Shown here one piece after another: positions 7,349 to 15,953 of a stretch of 35,969 nt of DNA. The position numbers were made by a program, and so were the translations under genes. Each line of letters opens with the position of its first letter. Position 1 is the first letter of the stretch. The notes under the pieces were generated by a model, which was given only the letters and a program-made list of their open reading frames with translations, searched no databases and was not told where the DNA came from. Source of the DNA: Candidatus Nomurabacteria bacterium (GTDB lineage Bacteria > Patescibacteriota > Minisyncoccia > Phycocordibacterales > CALRBL01); assembly GCA_963834935.1 (NCBI GenBank), contig CAWIDS010000002.1, positions 1 through 35,969 on the forward strand. The letters run 5' to 3'.

Positions 7349-7795
7349 ATGAAAGTAATATTCCTAAAACCGGTACCGCAGGTTGCAAAGAAATACGAGA
7401 TCAAGGACGTGGCTGACGGCTATGCTTTGAACTTCCTTTTCCCTCGGAATCTTGCTGAAATGGCAACCGATAAAGCTCTTGTGCAAGTAGAGAAGAGGAA
7501 ATCTGAGCTTGAAGTGGAGAAAAAGGTCCAAGAAGAGCTTCTTCTCAAGAGCCTTGATGCATTGAAGAAAGTGGTTATCACTTTGAGTGCTAAAGCTAAT
7601 GAAAAAGGCCATCTCTTTGCCTCGATTCATAAGGAACAGCTTTCCGAGGAATTGATGAAAGAAAGTCATATAAACGTCCATCCCGATTTCATCGACATGC
7701 CAAAGCCAATCAAGGAAGCGGGAGAGCATGACGTTACGGTCAAGATCCAAGACAAAGAGGCTCAGTTTAAAGTGATTGTTGAATCTGTCCAATAA
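7349..7795 (+). CDS. rplI: 50S ribosomal protein L9
   Basis: MKVIFLK...[16 protein letters not shown]; GHLFASI; PIKEAGEH. Confidence 0.96.
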   Translation: MKVIFLKPVPQVAKKYEIKDVADGYALNFLFPRNLAEMATDKALVQVEKRKSELEVEKKVQEELLLKSLDALKKVVITLSAKANEKGHLFASIHKEQLSEELMKESHINVHPDFIDMPKPIKEAGEHDVTVKIQDKEAQFKVIVESVQ

Positions 7796-7812
7796 GAGTA
7801 AAGTCGCGTACT

Positions 7813-7851
7813 AAAAAAAACTCACCTTGCAGATCGCAAAGTGAGTTTTTT
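7813..7851. terminator. Bidirectional terminator between convergent rplI and rpmA
   Basis: A8-CTCACCTTGC...GCAAAGTGAG-T6. Confidence 0.8.
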
Positions 7852-7875
7852 ATTTAGCATGCTGACGAAGCTATT

Positions 7876-8148
7876 CTAGACGATATTAACGATCTTTCTC
7901 ACTGTTTTTGTTCCGTTGAAGTTGTTCTTTCGCTTGTTGGCGAACTCGACTTTTCCAGCTTTAAGGGCAAAAAGAGTATGATCTTTGCCGATTCCTACAT
8001 GTTTTCCGGCCATGACTCGAGTGCCTCGCTGGCGTACGATGATGCTGCCGGCCTGCGCCACTTCACCAGAATAGAGCTTTACTCCAAGGTATTTTGGTTT
8101 CGAATCATTGAGGTTTTTTGCGGATCCCCCCGCTTTTTTACTTGCCAT
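7876..8148 (-). CDS. rpmA: 50S ribosomal protein L27
   Basis: MASKKAGGS...[10 protein letters not shown]...[10 protein letters not shown]...GKDHTLFAL. Confidence 0.97.
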   Translation of the reverse strand: MASKKAGGSAKNLNDSKPKYLGVKLYSGEVAQAGSIIVRQRGTRVMAGKHVGIGKDHTLFALKAGKVEFANKRKNNFNGTKTVRKIVNIV

Positions 8149-8256
8149 GGTGGTTTATTAGCTAGTTGATAATTAATTGATAGTTGCTTCGGTTCCTTTT
8201 TATCTCGTCTACGTAGGATATACGTATTATTAAATAAGTAGGAATATAGTAACAAA

Positions 8257-8628
8257 ATGAATAAAAAAAGCAATATTCTGTTGGGTTTGGTGTTAATAGC
8301 GTTGGCAGGGACAGCCTTTGCCTCAGGCAGGCTCTCAGTATCGAAGCCGAATGTCCAAGCAGAAAGCGTAAGCCAAAATACCAGCCAGGCAGGCGTTTCT
8401 GGTGTGCCAAGCATCCCAGCCACGGACAACTCTGCAACGGCTGATGCTTCAGCCTCATCAAGTTCTGAACAAAGCGGACTTTTCGTGGCATCCAAGACAG
8501 GGAAGAAGTACTTTCCCGCTGATTGCATCGCCGCAAAGAAGGTAAAAGATGAAAATAAGGTCACTTTTTCGAGCGCTGCGGAAGCTGAAAAAGCCGGATA
8601 TGAGCTTGCTAAGAACTGTAAGAATTAA
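8257..8628 (+). CDS. Secreted or membrane-anchored protein with a C-terminal Ada metal-binding-like domain
   Basis: Signal peptide, Ser/Ala-rich linker, then FVASKTGKKYFPADC...ENKVTFSSAAEAEKAGY...C. Confidence 0.75.
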   Translation: MNKKSNILLGLVLIALAGTAFASGRLSVSKPNVQAESVSQNTSQAGVSGVPSIPATDNSATADASASSSSEQSGLFVASKTGKKYFPADCIAAKKVKDENKVTFSSAAEAEKAGYELAKNCKN

Positions 8629-8918
8629 GACTTAAATTATATACAATATAAGTAGACAAAATGTCAATTAATATTGTATATATTATCCTTAATATTAGCC
8701 ATATAATTCGTGTTTAGTCTATTTTAGAATGTACAAAAAGGTTGACTTTAAGGTTATTTTTTGATATCCTAAAGCCAACCAGATTAGCTCTGGCTCTTTT
8801 ATTCTCAGAACAGGCCGAAAGCCGAAGTCCAGGGATAAAAGATTCTGTGCAACTCCATAATGCTATTGAGTAACGGACATGGAGATTATCAGCTAAAAAT
8901 AGGCTTATTTTACAATTA

Positions 8919-9380
8919 TTGATCAGTTCGGTCATGCTCTTCAATGCTACGACTACCGGAACATCGCTTCCAACAAGCACTCCAGTAGCTGATATGCAAA
9001 GCATTTCCTCGGTTCGGACAGAGACAGCTGCTACTTCTTCCACCACATCCTCCGTTTTGAACTCAAACGCCGATGTCGAAGAAATAGTGAAAAGTTATTT
9101 CAAAAATAAGCCCCTTCTTGCTGAAATTGCTCGATGTGAGTCAACTTATAGGCAATACGACAAAGACGGCAATGTCTTTAGGGGGAAAGTGGATCATTAT
9201 GATGTCGGCGTGATGCAGATCAATGAGGTCTATCACGAGGCAAAAGCCGAGAAGCTCGGCCTTGATATCCATACTCTTGAAGGGAACTTGAAATATGCTT
9301 CTTTGCTGTTCGATAAGGAAGGTTCTGAGCCTTGGAGCTCATCCGAGCCTTGTTGGGGAAAGTCAGCTAATCAGTCATAA
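8919..9380 (+). CDS. Secreted lysozyme-like / lytic transglycosylase (SLT-like) protein; start uncertain
   Basis: Hydrophobic N-terminus, Thr/Ser-rich linker, IARCES (catalytic Glu-Ser), GVMQIN, N..YA and G..PW motifs. Confidence 0.75.
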   Translation: MISSVMLFNATTTGTSLPTSTPVADMQSISSVRTETAATSSTTSSVLNSNADVEEIVKSYFKNKPLLAEIARCESTYRQYDKDGNVFRGKVDHYDVGVMQINEVYHEAKAEKLGLDIHTLEGNLKYASLLFDKEGSEPWSSSEPCWGKSANQS

Positions 9381-9404
9381 TTTTAGCTCGAAGAGCTAAT
9401 CCTT

Positions 9405-9436
9405 GAAAAACACTGCCATACATGGTAGTGTTTTTC
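9405..9436 (+). terminator. Intrinsic terminator after the SLT-like gene
   Basis: GAAAAACACTGCCAT-AC-ATGGTAGTGTTTTTC. Confidence 0.75.
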
Positions 9437-9513
9437 GTTGGGAGTGCAGATCCGCGTGCATCTGCCTTTAAGCCCCATACAATAAACCTCAGTTCAGTGA
9501 CGTCAGAAAAAAT

Positions 9514-9948
9514 ATGCATCACGGCCAGAATCGTTCATCCCGGCGCCATCGCCATTTTGAAACTACCAACCATCGCCTTCTTTTTGAAATGGCGCAGTGT
9601 CACGTCGAACGACGTGGCGGCCCACCCAAAGGCAAGCGCCGCCGGCAAAAGGTCAAGTCCATCGCCATGATGGCCGGTCAGGCAGGCATGGTACTGTGGG
9701 GAATCCTTACTCGCGCGGGCGAGGGAAGGGCTGTCCCATTGGCAGACATGGTGAAGATGGTAAAGAGGCAGGTTCGCGGCATCGGCTATCGGGCCATCGC
9801 CAAGATCGTGGAAAAGCTCCGCGTCAACTACGCTCTGGAGCTGGTTTCAGGAGCAGGCTACCGGATCAATGACGAATGGGTCGCAACCCTTAGTCAGTGG
9901 CAGACAGCCTGGGAGGTTTTTATCGAAGGGAAGCAGGTCAAGGCCTGA
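9514..9948 (+). CDS. Hypothetical basic protein with a putative winged-helix C-terminal half
   Basis: Standalone ORF between two terminators. IAKIVEKLR...LELVSGAGYRI resembles an OmpR/PhoB-type recognition helix and wing. Confidence 0.6.
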   Translation: MHHGQNRSSRRHRHFETTNHRLLFEMAQCHVERRGGPPKGKRRRQKVKSIAMMAGQAGMVLWGILTRAGEGRAVPLADMVKMVKRQVRGIGYRAIAKIVEKLRVNYALELVSGAGYRINDEWVATLSQWQTAWEVFIEGKQVKA

Positions 9949-9981
9949 TTCATAAACAGGTATAGTTTTTTGGCTTTAACC

Positions 9982-10014
9982 AACCAGCGAGGAATCAATC
10001 CTCGCTGGTTTTTT
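9982..10014 (+). terminator. Intrinsic terminator
   Basis: AACCAGCGAGGA-ATCAA-TCCTCGCTGGTT-TTTT. Confidence 0.85.
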
Positions 10015-10065
10015 ACTGTTTTTATCTGGTTGTTTGTGTTAAAATAGGTATATAGATATATATTT

Positions 10066-10275
10066 ATGAGCGATGTTCAATTTGATGAGCCAGTAGCAGG
10101 GAATTATTCTTCCTCAAGAATAGATGAGGTAAAAAACGAGCCAAAGAGAGGAATTGTCGGATTCCTCTTAAGGTATGGAATAATTAAGACCGAAAGCATT
10201 GCAAACATAGTACTTGTCTGCGTTTCTATATTTTTCTTTTCATTATCCATATTAATTTATTTATTATCAAGATGA
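10066..10275 (+). CDS. Small membrane protein, 69 aa, with a C-terminal TM helix
   Basis: ORF with hydrophobic C-terminus ANIVLVCVSIFFFSLSILIYLL. Confidence 0.75.
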   Translation: MSDVQFDEPVAGNYSSSRIDEVKNEPKRGIVGFLLRYGIIKTESIANIVLVCVSIFFFSLSILIYLLSR

Positions 10276-10442
10276 TCAAATATCTTTTCTCATATCAGAG
10301 AACAAATAAAAATAGAGGTATGGTCAGACTTGTCATCAAAGCGGGACTGGCAAAAAGCGTAGCTACGGCAAACGCTATCTTATTAGGAATCGCATGCGTA
10401 CTCTTCCTGATGTCAGTGGGAATATATTTAGTGTATGTCTAA
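10272..10442 (+). CDS. Small membrane protein, 56 aa, paralog of the upstream gene (absent from the ORF track)
   Basis: ATGA overlap. MIKYLFSYQRTNKNRGMVRLVIKAGLAKSVATANAILLGIACVLFLMSVGIYLVYV aligns without gaps to the upstream protein. Confidence 0.7.
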   Translation: MIKYLFSYQRTNKNRGMVRLVIKAGLAKSVATANAILLGIACVLFLMSVGIYLVYV

Positions 10443-10517
10443 TGTTTCAAAGCAGGGGATTATCCCAAGTAGTAACGTCGCACAATATATCTTTTCGGTA
10501 GGTACAGCTAAGGGGCT

Positions 10518-12377
10518 TTACGAGGGAAATATTTCCTGCTTGATGAATACGTCATACCAGACAGACAATATGTAAAGTATATAGATCTTGCGCGAATTGT
10601 CGGCTTTTCCGCTGGCGTGTTCTTTGAAGAGATGCTTGATATAACCGATCTTGAAATGCTCGTTGATATATTCGTTGGTGAGGATCACTTTTGAAAAGCG
10701 GTCGGGATTATCTTTGAGCCAGAAGCGAAGAGCAGTCGGAAAGCCAAGTTTTCTTCTTGACGAGGTTTTCTTCGGAAGGATATCTTTCATTGCCTGTCTT
10801 AAAATGTATTTGGTCTTCCCTCTCTTGTATTTGAATTTTTCAGGTATTTTTTCAGACAAGTCAGCGATCTTCTTGTCGAGAAACGGCACGCGAAGCTCGA
10901 GTGAATGCGCCATAGTCATCTTATCGGCCTTCTGAAGGATGTCTCCCGGAAGCCAGGTCTCGATATCTATTTTTTGCATCTTCTGCGAATCAGTGAGGCC
11001 TTTCAGCGGCTTGTATAAGGTGGCAAGGGAAATCTTCTCTTCCCTTTTTTCACCTTCCTGGAACTTCCAGAGACGTTCGATTTCCTTGCCTTTGAAAATA
11101 TGAGCGTTGCCGATGTAGCGATCCTCAATTTTGGTAAAGAAGCGGCTGAGATAATTCTTGCCATAGAATCTGAAAGGAATCATGGTAAGCGGGCGTATAA
11201 GTTTTTCCCTCATCCACTTAGGGAATATCTGTTTCATGCGATTGAGATCGAACGGCTCTCTATAGATGTTGTACCCGCCGAAAAGCTCATCTGCGCCTTC
11301 GCCGGAAAGCACCACTTTCACCTTCTTTCGCGCTTCTTTGGCCAGAAAATATAAGCCGACCGCAGAAGGATCAGCGACAGGCTCGTCGAAATGCCAGACT
11401 ATCTTCGGCAGCTCATCGAGGTATTCTTCTGATTTCAAGACGATCTCACTGTGATCAGTCTTGATATGGTCAGCCATCTCCTGCGCCTGCTTTCCTTCGC
11501 TGACTTGATCGAAGCTGATAGTGAAAGTAGACACTTTCTTATCTGTATTCTTGCTCATCAGGGCAACTATAGCTGCACTGTCGACTCCTCCGCTCAAAAA
11601 TGAGCCAACCGGAACATCGCTGATCATATGTGCTTTAACCGAATCCTCAAGCGTATCGCGGACTTCCTTTCTCAGCGCTTTCTCCTCAAATTCAGTATTT
11701 TTGAATTCGTATTGCCAATATTGTTCCTGTTTTACTTTGCCGCTGGTGATGTCTATCTTGAGATAACTTGCAGGCGGAAGCTTCCAGATTCCTTTGAAGA
11801 AAGTTTCTTCGAGTGGATTATATTGATATGAAAGATAATTGAATACCGCATCATGGTTTATTTTGCGTTTGAAGTTCGGATGAAGCAGAAGGCTTTTGAT
11901 TTCCGATCCATATGCAGCGATACGGTCGTTTTCTACCAAGTAATAAAGCGGCTTTATGCCGAAATAATCGCGAGCGATAAAAAGCTCCTGCGTCTTCTTG
12001 TTGTAGATCGAGAAAGCGAACATCCCACGGAGCCTGACGAGCATGTTTTCCTTTTCTTCCTCATAAAGATGGATGAGCACCTCGGTATCACTCTTTGTCT
12101 TGAAGATATGTCCCTTTTCCTTCAGTTGGTCGTAAAGCTGCTGGTAGTTGTAAATTTCACCATTGAAGACAATTGAGAGGGTTCCATCCTCATTCTCAAT
12201 CGGCTGTTTGCCGCCCGAAAGATCGATAATTGAAAGCCTTCGCATACCCATAGCGATGAAGGGGTCCACATAAAAGCCATCCTCGTCCGGCCCGCGATGG
12301 GTAATGATATCCACCATCTTATGTATAGTCTCAAGCGTATGTTCGCCTTTGCCGATGATTCCTGCAATTCCACACAT
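10518..12377 (-). CDS. asnB: Asparagine synthetase B family glutamine amidotransferase (intact copy)
   Basis: MCGIAG Ntn start, HRGPD, NGEIYN, RDYFGIKPLY, LSGGVDS, SGEGADELFGGY and ELRVPFLD. Confidence 0.95.
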   Translation of the reverse strand: MCGIAGIIGKGEHTLETIHKMVDIITHRGPDEDGFYVDPFIAMGMRRLSIIDLSGGKQPIENEDGTLSIVFNGEIYNYQQLYDQLKEKGHIFKTKSDTEVLIHLYEEEKENMLVRLRGMFAFSIYNKKTQELFIARDYFGIKPLYYLVENDRIAAYGSEIKSLLLHPNFKRKINHDAVFNYLSYQYNPLEETFFKGIWKLPPASYLKIDITSGKVKQEQYWQYEFKNTEFEEKALRKEVRDTLEDSVKAHMISDVPVGSFLSGGVDSAAIVALMSKNTDKKVSTFTISFDQVSEGKQAQEMADHIKTDHSEIVLKSEEYLDELPKIVWHFDEPVADPSAVGLYFLAKEARKKVKVVLSGEGADELFGGYNIYREPFDLNRMKQIFPKWMREKLIRPLTMIPFRFYGKNYLSRFFTKIEDRYIGNAHIFKGKEIERLWKFQEGEKREEKISLATLYKPLKGLTDSQKMQKIDIETWLPGDILQKADKMTMAHSLELRVPFLDKKIADLSEKIPEKFKYKRGKTKYILRQAMKDILPKKTSSRRKLGFPTALRFWLKDNPDRFSKVILTNEYINEHFKIGYIKHLFKEHASGKADNSRKIYILYILSVWYDVFIKQEIFPS

Positions 12378-12383
12378 GCCCCT

Positions 12384-12392
12384 ATTCTACCA
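12384..12392 (-). promoter_or_regulatory. Extended -10 promoter of asnB (leaderless)
   Basis: TGGTAGAAT 6 nt before the ATG, with no SD sequence. Confidence 0.6.
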
Positions 12393-12500
12393 TTTTAAGC
12401 CCTTTTTTGGCTTATTGACGGAATATAAAAGCAGTGTTCTGTCATTTGTAAAATTGCAGCTTTAGAGTAGAATGTCGGATTATTGGATAATCAGAAAAAT

Positions 12501-13256
12501 ATGAAAAAAATCCGTACACGATACTTTCTTTTGAGCCTTGTTTTTCTTTTTTTGTTCGTGACGGCCGCACATGCATACGTAGTTCCTACGCTTTCATTGC
12601 TCAACCTTAATAACGGCACTATCCAAGCGGAAGTTCAAGGTGATCCCAATTCTGCTGTTGAGCTTTATTATTACAATCAGCAATACAATATCGGCTATAC
12701 GAATGTGAGCGGATATCTCTACACGACGTTGAATGCTTCTCAGTACAATATCCCGGCCGGAGCTTCCGTATATGTGACCATAAACGGCACACAATCCCAG
12801 ATAGTTTCTTGGCCGTATAATACGTCTAATTATTACAACTATTATAATTATAATGCGTACAATGTGCCGCCTATCACTTTCAATCAGACCAATCTCAGCC
12901 TGACGCAAGGACAAAACGCATCACTCACGATGTATGGTGGCTCGGGTTCGTACTATATTTCAGGTAGTGCAGCCCCAATCCTGAACATCACCATCACCGG
13001 CTCGACGATGAACGTGTATGCCGCATCGCAAGGTAGCGCTAATGTAGTAGTCTGCTCGCAGAACGGCTATTATGGCAACACTGCGAACTATTATGGCAAC
13101 AATAGTGTTTGCGGCAGCGTGAATATCACAGTTACCGCGTCATACTACCCCGTTTATTATCCGAATTATCCCACCTATTATCCGAACTACTATCCCGCAT
13201 ATAATTATAATTACGACTACAACGGCGGTTATCGATTGATGTACAGAACATTCTAA
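12501..13256 (+). CDS. Secreted Tyr/Asn-rich protein with probable beta-rich (Ig-like) domains
   Basis: MKKIRTRYFLLSLVFLFLFVTAAHA signal peptide with an AxA site, beta-strand patterns and a YYP-repeat tail. Confidence 0.8.
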   Translation: MKKIRTRYFLLSLVFLFLFVTAAHAYVVPTLSLLNLNNGTIQAEVQGDPNSAVELYYYNQQYNIGYTNVSGYLYTTLNASQYNIPAGASVYVTINGTQSQIVSWPYNTSNYYNYYNYNAYNVPPITFNQTNLSLTQGQNASLTMYGGSGSYYISGSAAPILNITITGSTMNVYAASQGSANVVVCSQNGYYGNTANYYGNNSVCGSVNITVTASYYPVYYPNYPTYYPNYYPAYNYNYDYNGGYRLMYRTF

Positions 13257-14593
13257 GATGATATCGAAAGCTTCTCTATCGCTGATTTGATCCTTCTTAG
13301 AGTTTCGTCTTTTCCTAGAATTGCTATCAGGGCAATCGGATCAGGGGATCGCTGTTTTCCTGAAAGGGCGAAGCGAAGAGGCCAGAGGACGATTCCTCTT
13401 CCCTGCTCTTCGGCAAATGGCCAGATGTCGCCGCCTTTGTCGATTATTTTTGCGGCCTGAGTGAGGATTGCTGCAGTACTTTCGACGCTGACTTCCTTTC
13501 CTTTTCTCATCTTTTCAGGCGGAAGGATATCATTTGCATTCTCGTAAACAGGGGGCAAGAAGAAATAGTCCAGTTCGCCATGCATTGCCATTTCATCGAC
13601 TTCTCCAAAATAGGATATCCTTTCTTTTATGATAGGTAGGACTTTCGGGAATCTTTCTGAAAAATATTCTGTATTCTTGAGCGCTTCAGGAATCCTTTCT
13701 TCTACCGCTTTCGATAGGACCGCGTCCTGCAGCTTTTTCATGTATTCCTTGTTCATCCATTTCAACTTTGCGTCGTCAAAAATGGCACCGCCTTTATGCA
13801 CCTTGTTCAGGTCAAAAAGAGAAATGAGTTCCGCTTCAGTGAACAGCTCCTGTTCGCCGCCTGGATTCCAGCCTACGAGCGAAATATAGTTCAGAAGCGC
13901 TTCCGGCAGGTAGCCTATTTTTTTGTATTCCGTAAGTGCGAGCGCTCCTTTCCTTTTGGAAAGCTTCGTGCGGTCCGTTCCAAGTACGATTGGCAAGTGC
14001 GCATACAAGGGAGTGGGCGCGCCAATCGCTTGCTGAATGAGAATCTGCCGTGGCGTGTTAGAGATATGATCTTCGCCACGAATGACATGAGTGATGCCCA
14101 TCTCATAATCATCGACAACGACAGCAAGATGAAAGAGAGGCTCATCGATGCTTTTTGCTAGTACGAAATCCTTGAGCTCAGTCGTATCGAATTCTATCTT
14201 CCCGCGGACAAGGTCATCGAAGGAAATTTTCTTGTTAGGATTCTTGAATCTGATGACAGTCGCGCGATCGCCTTCTTTTTTCACTTCTTCCTGTGAGACA
14301 TAGGCCTTTCCTTCGTCTATCATTTTCTGGAGATAGAATTTATGTCTTTCGACAAGGTCGCTCTGGCGATGCATCTCATCGTAGGAAATGCCGAGCCACT
14401 TCAAGCTTTCGAGGATATTTTCCTCATATTCTTTCATGCTTCGTTCCTTGTCAGTATCCTCGATGCGCAGGATGAATTTTCCGGCATTCTTCTTCGCGAA
14501 GAAATAGGAGAAAATTGCCGTGCGGTAAGCGCCCGCATGAAGCGTTCCTGTGGGGCTTGGGGCGAAGCGGGTTATTATTTCAGTCATAGTCAT
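13253..14593 (-). CDS. gltX: Glutamate--tRNA ligase (intact copy)
   Basis: TRFAPSPTG.LH.G, LRIEDTD, ITHVIRGEDH and KLSKR. Confidence 0.96.
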   Translation of the reverse strand: MTMTEIITRFAPSPTGTLHAGAYRTAIFSYFFAKKNAGKFILRIEDTDKERSMKEYEENILESLKWLGISYDEMHRQSDLVERHKFYLQKMIDEGKAYVSQEEVKKEGDRATVIRFKNPNKKISFDDLVRGKIEFDTTELKDFVLAKSIDEPLFHLAVVVDDYEMGITHVIRGEDHISNTPRQILIQQAIGAPTPLYAHLPIVLGTDRTKLSKRKGALALTEYKKIGYLPEALLNYISLVGWNPGGEQELFTEAELISLFDLNKVHKGGAIFDDAKLKWMNKEYMKKLQDAVLSKAVEERIPEALKNTEYFSERFPKVLPIIKERISYFGEVDEMAMHGELDYFFLPPVYENANDILPPEKMRKGKEVSVESTAAILTQAAKIIDKGGDIWPFAEEQGRGIVLWPLRFALSGKQRSPDPIALIAILGKDETLRRIKSAIEKLSISS

Positions 14594-14601
14594 GTATATC
14601 T

Positions 14602-14808
14602 TTACTTCTTTTTGTCCCGTATTGCAAGGAATTGTATTGCTTTGTTAACGGCCCGGGAATCTACGGGCGGCATGAAGCGGGCGATCTCTTTTACGGGTGC
14701 GTCAGGATGAGCCTTGATAAAATCATGCAGTTCTACCAAGGCTTCAGCCTCTTTTTCTATCTTTTTTTCTTCCTGAATGTCTATGATCTGTGCTTGTGCC
14801 GGTTTCAT
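14602..14808 (-). CDS. Hypothetical 68-aa protein between murG and gltX
   Basis: Tightly packed, co-oriented ORF within the operon. Confidence 0.65.
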   Translation of the reverse strand: MKPAQAQIIDIQEEKKIEKEAEALVELHDFIKAHPDAPVKEIARFMPPVDSRAVNKAIQFLAIRDKKK

Positions 14809-14811
14809 ATA

Positions 14812-15948
14812 TTAACGCTCGTGGCTTAAGCCGATATCGACAAGAGCTTCAGCGATGATATGCGAAGCGTCAGTGCGGGCGAATTCTTTGGCACCTGCGA
14901 TCATCCTTTGCTTTATCTCCTGGCTTCCCATTATCTTGTTTATCTCAGCTGAGATGATTTCCGGTCTGAGGTTCTGCTCTTCGATAACCTCGCATGCTCC
15001 GTTCTTGGCGTAGCTATATGCATTAGTGCGCTGGTCATGGCTGATGCGTTCGGGAATGGGAATGATGATGCTCGGCACGCCGCATACTGCGATCTCGAAT
15101 ATGGTCGAGCCGGCGCGCGAGATGATAAGGTCAGCGACTCCGTAGGCACGCCTCATCATGTCCTCGTCGAGGTAGGCATAAGGCTTGTATCGTTCCGGAT
15201 GAGCAAGGTTCTCGGTGGTGACTTTGGATTGGCCGCTGACACTCTCGAAGTTCTTTGGACCGGTCTGATGGATGATCTGGTAGCTATCCAAAAGCCGAGG
15301 CAAAGCGTCAAGGAGCGCGTCGTTTATGATCTGCGCTCCTTGCGATCCGCCGAGGACAACAATGACCGGCACGCCCTTTTCCAGGCCGAATTTCTCGAAG
15401 GATCCTTCCTTAATCGGTTCGGTGATGCTTTTTCGAAGAGGGTTTCCTGTCCATGCAACCTTATCCGCTTTGAAATATCTGGCGGTGTCAGGATATGACA
15501 CGGCGATGCGGCTAGCGAATTTCCCCGCCCAAGCGTCAATCTTCTGGCCTGCTGTCCGACGCATGGATCATCACCGGAATGCCGAGAATCTTCCCGCAAG
15601 AAGCGTCGGAAAGCTGGCATATCCACCTTTGCCAAAGATCACATCAGGATAGATGGTGAATATCAGGAATAATGCTTTGACGCATCCGAGGAAAGTGACA
15701 AAGAGGTCACTCGTGTTCTTAAAAATATTGTCGAGCGAAAGATTCCTCCTGAGCTTGCCAGCCGGTATTTCCTTGTAGACGATGTTTTGTCCGTAAAGCA
15801 AGTCGAGATTATAAGGCGCAGATGATATGAAGTAGAGCTTCGGCGGAACGATCTTTTTCTCTTTCGATATGTTGTTTATTTCTTCAGCTACGGCAATGAG
15901 CGGGTAGAAATGGCCGCCTGTTCCTCCTCCTGTTAGTACAATTTTCAT
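14812..15948 (-). pseudogene. murG: murG, mirror copy with indels near 15540-15590 (probably sequence error)
   Basis: Reverse complement of 30637-31776, split into two ORFs. Confidence 0.8.
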
Positions 15949-15953
15949 GAATG

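Noticed and set aside
10272-12377. Lasso peptide cluster around the AsnB-like gene
   Set aside because: The protein has a full Ntn glutaminase domain starting MCG. No B1/B2 proteins or precursor with a leader motif are nearby.
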